DNA of 63,815 nt, counting the filler, from Corallochytrium limacisporum Hawaii (lineage: Eukaryota > Protista > Pluriformea): NCBI GenBank assembly GCA_002811645.1. It is 5 parts of 5 records of this genome, joined end to end, with 100 filler letters (N's around TTAATTAATTAA, not from the genome) between each part and the next. Parts side by side here need not be neighbours in the genome. Positions count along the whole stretch, not along the records: positions 56,397 to 62,668 come from PDIP01000207.1; positions 62,769 to 63,815 come from PDIP01000244.1; 3 more parts are not named here. The stretch is one strand, 5' to 3'. The notes beneath the pieces are model-generated. The model was given only the letters and a program-made list of their open reading frames with translations, searched no databases and had not been told where the DNA came from. Positions 56,397-63,815 of this stretch are shown here, piece by piece. The translations under genes were made by a program, and so were the position numbers. Numbering within the stretch: the first letter of the stretch is position 1; every line of letters begins with the position of its first letter.

Positions 56397-58623
56397 GTGC
56401 CAAGCTACCAGCATTAATGTCTGCACACGTCGCGCGGAAATTGCAGCACTGATCTGGAGTACAGTTTGTGTTTACATTGTCGTCCCCGAAGCAGTCCGTG
56501 ACACCAGAGTAGAAGCCAGTCTGTTCATCTCCCGACACGGCATCGCATAGACCATCGGTACCAAAGCCGGCACTCTGACATGATTGGAAGTAAGTACAGC
56601 AATCAGACAGCTCGCAATCGACAAGCTCCTCCTCACTGTCCCCAGTGCATACATTTGTGCCAGTGTACACCGCGGTGTCCGCTGCATTGGGACCCTTTCC
56701 AGCACATTCCCCCGGGCTGGTTAATCCAAGGGAGCTGCACGTGTGGGTAAACTCACAGCAGTCCTCTTCGGTACAGCTGTCACCACCCGCATCGCCGTCA
56801 CCAATACAGTTATTCCGGCCTGAATAAGTGGCCGTCTGGCCTGGCTCGCCGACTGGGGCACATGCGGCATCGCTATCCAATCCGAGACTCTGGCAAGTCT
56901 CCTCGAACCTACAACAATCCTGCAACTGGCAATTCACTACGACACCGGTGTCTTCACAGATTCCTTGGTTCTCATTGATGAAGATACCGGCCTTGTTATC
57001 ACTGGCTTGCGTCTGGCACTGTGCGGTGTTGCCGGCATTAAGGTCGACACACGTCACATGGAAGTCGCAGCACTCGTACTCGGTGCAGTCAGCATTCACA
57101 CCGTCCACCAAGCAGTCCGTGACACCATTGTAGAAGCCACTCTCTCCAGTTGGTGCCACCTCACTGCAGGCACCATCGTTGTCGAAGCCAGCAGTGCTGC
57201 AGGTCCTATAGTACGAACAGCAATCATCAGGGACGCAGTCAATGGGCGTACCACCACCATCTGAACAGCCAGATGCGCCTGTGTAAACAGCATTGTCCCC
57301 TACGAAAGGAGCAAATGAGGCGCACTCGTCGTCACTGCCCCGCTCAAGAGATTCACAGGTCGCCGCAAGGCTGAAAGAGCAGCATGTGTCCTCAGTGCAG
57401 TCTTCACCATCGCATGCGCCTGTCGCAGGTCCAATAAACAAGGCGATATAGCCAGGATCAGCCAGCGCCTGGCACTGTGCGGTGTTGCCGGCATTAATGT
57501 CGACACACGTCACATGGAAGTCGCAGCACTCGTACTCGGTGCAGTCAGCATTCACACCGTCCACCAAGCAGTCCGTGACACCATTGTAGAAGCCACTCTC
57601 TCCAGTTGGTGCCACCTCACTGCAGGCACCATCGTTGTCGAAGCCAGCAGTGCTGCAGGTCCTATAGTACGAACAGCAATCATCAGGGACGCAGTCAATG
57701 GGCGTACCACCACCATCTGAACAGCCAGATGTGCCTGTGTAAACAGCCTTGTCCCCTACAAAAGGAGCAAATGAGGCGCACTCGTCGTCACTGCCCCGCT
57801 CAAGAGATTGACAGGTCGCCGCATCGACGATAGAGCAGCATTTATCGAGAGTGCAGTCAACACCACCGACGTCTATCTCCGTGCATTCGCCTTCCACAGG
57901 TCCAATGAAAGTTGCAATCTTGCCAGTACCGGCTCGCGACTGACACTCTTCTGTGTTTCCCGCATTAATGTCTGCACATGTGACCTTGGGCTCCGGGTAG
58001 AAGAGGCAGCAGTCTGAAGGTTCGCAATCGCCTTCACAGACACCGTCTCCTCCAATGTATTCACCCACGTCCCCAGAGGAGGCGGCCTGTGTACACTTGA
58101 GATTGTCCGTCAACTGGAGCGTTGTGCATGTCGCGGGCTGCCGGCAGCAGTCCTCAGCGTAGCAATCCCGAGGGTTACCGCTGGTATCCTTGCAAGTCTT
58201 GCCTCCCAGAAAGACCTCAGTGTCAGGACAGAGGGCGCCCTCCAAGAAGTCATTCAGACTGTCACATGTGTCCGCAGCCCGGCAACATTGAGTAACTGAA
58301 CAGCTTCCATCAATGCAATCAACCTCGCTGTTTTTTGAAAACGGCTTCTGTCCTCCGGTCTCTTCCCGGCAGATCTCATCCGTAAACACATGACGGCATT
58401 TGGGAACGTTGGTACAGCAATTTTGAAGGCAGTTTCCACCAACATTTGGAAAGCAGAATCTACCTTCCAAGGCATACGGACGATCTCCTTCACTGGCAGA
58501 AGAACACTGCTCATCCGTCCCTAAGTTTACGGCATCGTCATCGCACGAATGAGCGGTAGTAGAACTGGCCATCAAGGCCACCACTGCGGCCCCTATTGAG
58601 ACAGTCCCGCTAACTAATCTCAT
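56397..58623 (-). CDS. Secreted or surface protein made of tandem ~50-aa 6-Cys modules; 3'-truncated at the scaffold end
   Basis: Signal peptide, then about 14 modules, mostly of the form TC-x10-C...C...C-x4-CC. The frame stays open up to the gap, and the stop in the ORF track is the artificial linker. Confidence 0.92.
57013..57823. repeat. Near-identical intragenic duplication (355 bp, period 456 bp = 152 codons)
   Basis: 57013-57367 and 57469-57823 differ at only a few bases. Confidence 0.93.
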
Positions 58624-60021
58624 CTATCTCTGTTTGTTAATTGCAAACCGGAAATATCAAATGTGTCACCCTAGTCGTTGGGTTGGTTTGCAGGTCGACG
58701 GTCTAAGCACGACCCTAATATGAACAACACCGACTGCTTCCCACTAGACTTTCCCTAGAATAAAAACCCTCTTTTGCGCTGCGCGGAGTGTGGTCCTTGG
58801 GAGTCTGTTCACAGAATCTCTAGCATCACCGAGTGTACTTTATCACATGTGGATGTTGTCTACTTGGTGTGCTGATATCTGGTCCTATTCTTTGAACAAC
58901 TGGATACACGAGCCTCGCGTTTGCTGGTAGGGTAGAGTTTCTGCCCGCAGAAAAATCAAAATATCCCTGAAGCAAACTAAACAATAGACGCTTCTCGTCA
59001 CAAGAAACTCGTTCCTTCTGTTTGTCACCGAAAGTGTTTGAACTCCACTTTCGGCCCGTATTTATACACTAGAGAATCCGTTGGCTAATGATCGTGTGTT
59101 ACTACTGGGTACATTGTCTGTCATAGCTTGCTGACCCTTTCGGCCTTCTCCTTCTGATTTGCTGTTCGACTCTTCCTCCATCATCATCATCACTGTCGTT
59201 CCATCGGAAATGACGTCCAGCTGTGTGAAACAGTCGCTTGCGAACCAACAGATTCTCGAAGGAAACCATAACTTGATCACACCCTGTTGTTACCATCTGA
59301 CCTTGCCAATTTGTAATCACTGGTTCTGGGTTACAACGGACCGGTGCGAAGTAAGGCACGACCGAGAGCGTTTTGGTGCAAGTGCGTGCCCGTGGTGGAT
59401 AGGGGTCGCGGGCCGAACGCGTTCGCGGTGACCTCTCACCGCCCCTCTCTACCGCTCCACGCGATGCCAGGCACTCACACTTTTCGTGGGCGGTCCTCCC
59501 CGCGGCGCTACTATTATAGTAAATATATGCGATTTAGCCGCAATATTTTGTGATCCAGAGCATTTTCTCACTTGGGCGTCTGGTTCCAGTTGAAGACCGT
59601 GACTTCTGCCCACGAGTCCGTGGTCGTGGTCCACCTTTTTTGGGCCCTTTCCCCCCTCTTTGCTTCCCGGCCACTCTGACAGGTCCCTGAATAAGCACAT
59701 TCATCATATTATATTAAAATATATGAAGCTTATTTCCATAGATTTACCAATTTCGAAATTTAGATGAACACTCTGCCCTGAAACGCAGAGAGTGACTGGA
59801 AACGAGGGATTTGGGGGAACGGGGAGATAGAGAGAAGGTCCCCCCGGGGGAAGACGATAGGGAAGTGAGAGAGAGAGTACGAGACCTGAGAGGAAACAAA
59901 GGAGGGGGTGGGGTTTTGGGGTAAAACCAAAGAATAAAACGCAGCAGAGAAGGAGAGAGAGGGCGGGGGAGGGGGGGGGGAAGGAAAGTTTGATGCGGGA
60001 GAGGAAGGGGGGAAGGAAAAA

Positions 60022-60023
<2 letters not shown>

Positions 60024-60076
<53 letters not shown>
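60024..60076. repeat. (AG)n microsatellite within a purine-rich non-coding tract
   Basis: Pure AG run. Further GA/CA runs occur at ~60330-60415, 60646-60668, 61189-61236 and 62622-62668. Confidence 0.95.
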
Positions 60077-60080
<4 letters not shown>

Positions 60081-62630
60081 TGCGAAATCGAACGGGCAAC
60101 AGGGGAGGAAGGCAGTGAGACAAAGGACGAGGGAGACCGTCCCCTCCCCCCCTCCACTCCTGCCAAGGCCGACAGGGTACGGTGGAGAGGTGCGGCACTT
60201 GGTAGAGTGTTGATTAAGGTAGGTCTTGTTTGGTTGTTGTTGTTGGGACCAAGAACCAAAAAAAAAACAAAAGTGTTACAAGCGCGAAAAATCCCAAGGA
60301 AGGCGAGTGCGAATTGAGCGGAGGGGGGAGAGTGAGAGACATAGACAGAGAATGGAGAGACAGAGAGAGAGAGAGTGAGACAGAGAATAAACACAGAGAC
60401 AGAGAGAGAGAGAGGGAAAAAGGTGGAAGATAGAACGGACGGATGCATCCACCCCCACAGTAGCCGAGGAGAGGAAGGGTGAGTGTGTGGGGGGAGGTGT
60501 AAGCCATGAAGCCCGCGGGGACGTCACATCTGGCCTTCCGTCGCGTAGCAAAAGAAAACAACGGTAGAGAATTCCCTGTGAGTCAGAAAGAATTCCAAAC
60601 ACCAAAAGCACAGGGAAGGAAGATATAGTCCGCAGGGGGGGGGGAGACACACACACACACACACACACAGAGGGAGAAGTTTTAGTACCCAAGCATTCGT
60701 GTGTCGGTCGCTGAGCATGGGGAAACTCTTGGTGAATGTACCGAATTTCGGCTCTGTAAAATTACGCCACTCACGGGTTGTACGATTGTTCCTTCGTTAG
60801 TGTTGTCCTGCCCCCACCTTACTTCTTTCCCCGGTGTGATCTTCGGTGTGTCACCTTTACGTTCCGACCGAGGCGTTGGTTTGCCAAGTGTCTGCGTCTG
60901 GTCCGCGGACCGGCCAGTCCGAGCATCACGCAGTGGCACGAGAGTGAGAGAGTGGAGATCCTGCATACCGGGAGTTTGGAACGAAGACATGAGGTACAGG
61001 TATGATGGTGGCAGATGGACACGGTGCAGTTGGCTCTGTGCGCTTCAGATGCGGGATCAGTGGAGAGTGAGGTGGGGGGCTCGGCAACGGGCTTCGATTA
61101 TAGTTCTCGAACGCAGCAGAGTGCAGGAAAACCTCGAGTAATTTCAGTTCTGAACCTATAGAGTCTCTATTTCTGGCACCAAATGGCGAGAGAGAGAGAC
61201 ACAAAGACACAAGGGAGAGTGAGAGAGAGAGAGAGAAGCGCCGGGAGTGCGGACTGACAAAGAAGTCAAAGGGGGATCACCACGCATCCAATCCAAACAG
61301 GGAACACACACACACACACATACATATCCACAGCTACCATGAATCGAGTACCGGGACCCGTTCTGCACGCGATCCCCGCCAGACCAACATCTGAACACCC
61401 CGTATCGCGTCGGACAGTGGACCTCCGTGTCAAAATGAGTAGAGTAGAGTGCGTCCGATTGCGCATCGCAGAGCCTCATCAGTCGTCCGGTGAAGCGATA
61501 AAGAGAACTAATTGAACACATGTGCCCTTCCTTTCCTGATACCGCATCCATCGTTAGGCGATGGAGTATTACAATACTGGTAATCGGGCGGTCCGTTCGC
61601 AGATAACGCCTATTATTCTTTTACACAGAAACGAAAAAAAAACAGCAGCAAGCGAATACATCCTTAACCCCAAGAGAGAGACCCTTTCGGTTTCTCTTGG
61701 GTTATATATTATGTCCAAAAACTTTACCGGCAATTTGTGGGAACCCGGGGGAGGGGTGAGGGTGCGCGGGAGAAGGAAATCGCTACCAAACAAAATAAGG
61801 AGGTGTTGCTGCGAGCTAATCACTGAAGCGCTCCAGCGGCGCTTTTGCACGATGCATCTGCTGGTTCCCAAACAGCAAAGCCGCACACCCACATGGACCT
61901 CGCTGGTCTCACTCGGGTAGTGGTTGCACTGGGCTTTGTTCCGTTTATTGAATATTTTTCATTTGGTCGAGTAACTCTCCCCAGTGTCTTTCAGTGTTGT
62001 GTTTTTTTCTTTCAAAATTTCCCGGGGAGGGTTAATGTCTCTGTTTGGTCAAAGGGTACCCTGGGGTTAGAGTCCCTTCAGAGGTCTCAGTCCACGCTTG
62101 CTGCGGGCTCCGGGCTCGCGTTGGGCTTTTTTGGCTTTTTTAGGCCAAAGCAGTCGGGGGCCCTCCGGGGGGCTTAGGACCTAAACGGGGGAGATCACAA
62201 TTACACAAATCCTGCGAAATTTTTACAACAAAAATAAGAAAAGGTGACTGGAGGGACGATGATGACAACACAGAACCCGCCCCCCCNNNNNNNNNNNNNN
62301 NNNNNNNNNNNNNNNNNNNNNNNNNNNNNNNNNNNNNNCCCCCCCCCCCCCCCCCCCCCCCTTTTCTTTTTTTTTTTGTGAGCGCGTGCGGCGTAGGTTC
62401 ATAGCCAAAGTACCAGAACTTATAAAAAAGCAATACCCAAGATCTTGTTACCCAGCCACCCATCGGCACACGCATTCTCGCGGTCCCGAAGAACAAAAGT
62501 AAAAATCGGACCAGTAATGTAAAAATGGCTACAAATGTCATTAGCACCAAGAGAAAAGGGCTGAGGAAATACGAAGAAGAACGGAAAGGAAGGAAGGGGG
62601 ATGTCGGGCTGTTCCGAGGCACACAGAGAC

Positions 62631-62668
<38 letters not shown>

Positions 62669-62768
62669 NNNNNNNNNNNNNNNNNNNNNNNNNNNNNNNN
62701 NNNNNNNNNNNNTTAATTAATTAANNNNNNNNNNNNNNNNNNNNNNNNNNNNNNNNNNNNNNNNNNNN
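62669..62768. other. Artificial scaffold-joining linker
   Basis: N44-TTAATTAATTAA-N44. Confidence 0.95.
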
Positions 62769-63815
62769 CCTACCCCCCGCGGAGGGAGGAGAGAGTGAGA
62801 GAGAGGGAGGGGGGGGGGAACATGCCAGGCCAAAAAGTTCAAGAAATATCCCGTCCGCTGACAGAAAGTGCTTTTGACGTGGCAGATTCCGATGGTAGGT
62901 AAGGTCCCTGTCCTCCATTTTTTTTTCACAAATTTTTGTTCGATCCCCGACCGCCTGTCCCGTGTACACCACTACCACAACGTCCCCTTCCAATCGGACA
63001 AAAAAAAAAAGAAAAAAAATACTAGGAAAAGTGAAATGCCAAATTGAAAAACAAAAATCAGGGAGAATAAAAAAGCCATAGAAAAACACTGTGGCAGGGG
63101 GGGGAGCGGGGTGTGGTAGTGGAGCCACTCTTTGCGCCTACCGGTCACTAAGACGCAGAGGAGAGGGATGGTCATGGGAATTGGCAGTGCAGAAGAAAAA
63201 AAAAAGGAGAGGAGGCCGCGGGGGGCGGATGTCGGGGGGTTCCTTTGTTTAAAAAAGAGAGAAGGAAAGAGAAAAGGGCTTTTCATTACAGCGCGTGATG
63301 GGGAACAATTGACTGGGGATGCGCTTGGGGAGAGGGAGAGGGAGAGAGAGTGAGGAGGGGGGGAGGGGAGGGGAAGCGAACAAAGAAAAGGAGACAGGAG
63401 CGGGTGCAGCTACACAGGCGCGGCCAACGAAAACACACCATTTTTTCTTTAGTAAAAAAAAAACCATAACGAAAAAGGCGTGCAAGCCCCAAGGAGGAGC
63501 AACGTAACCGGAAAAAAGGGAGCAAATCGGGGCAAGGCGCTCCAAGTCGGTGCGGATGCTGTTTGGTATCTTGCCGCAGTTCTTTGCGCGAGAAATCCGT
63601 GTGCTGCATGTGTGTGTGACGCCCCGGTCTCTTCTGGACACAAGCAGGACAGGTGTAGATCACGGATGATTCACACTTTACAGGGGAACTACTATGGTCT
63701 ATGTATGCGAGAAGTGTGGAAGTGACTTGCCGATAGGCTGTAACAAGAATTCGCTTTCACCTGGCTTTCGATATAAGCCACCTTCCGAAGGGTGGAAACG
63801 GGACCACGGCCCCCC

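Noticed and set aside
53827-58623. Treating the 6-Cys repeat gene as part of the telomeric secreted cluster
   Set aside because: It is separated by the telomere and an artificial linker, so it lies on a different scaffold.
59704-60692. ORFs rich in LS/SL/CV dipeptides; also 8608-9212, 9842-10236, 15505-15863 and 34528-35247
   Set aside because: Translations of microsatellites and G/C-rich low-complexity DNA.

Overview
Eukaryotic genomic DNA, not prokaryotic. It shows intronless genes with Kozak-like starts (ccagccATGG, atcaccATGG), a TTAGGG telomere and microsatellites. Four 100-bp artificial linkers (N44-TTAATTAATTAA-N44) divide the window into five independent scaffolds (1-21390, 21491-44355, 44456-56296, 56397-62668, 62769-63815), so adjacency across linkers is not biological. 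Scaffold 1 carries a GPI-anchored Cys-rich surface protein and an atypical homeodomain protein separated by about 8 kb of non-coding DNA. Scaffold 2 is a compact housekeeping block: SMC2 head-to-head with RAD5, an FCHo/SGIP1-type muniscin, MOCS2A, NDUFA8, a motif-degenerate ALG6-like protein and an ABC-F ATPase with an unusually long linker. Scaffold 3 ends in (TTAGGG)5, and all four of its intact genes encode signal-peptide proteins: a Legionella PlcA/B/C-type Zn phospholipase C, a protein of three tandem unrecognised domains, a Cys-module protein and a secreted class I cyclic-nucleotide phosphodiesterase lacking the invariant nucleotide-recognition Gln. Tc1/mariner and Ty3/gypsy relics lie among them. 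Scaffold 4 holds a truncated secreted protein built of 6-Cys repeats. Gene content and lack of introns suggest an intron-poor unicellular opisthokont such as Corallochytrium (inference only). All family calls come from motif recognition by eye; no searches were run.
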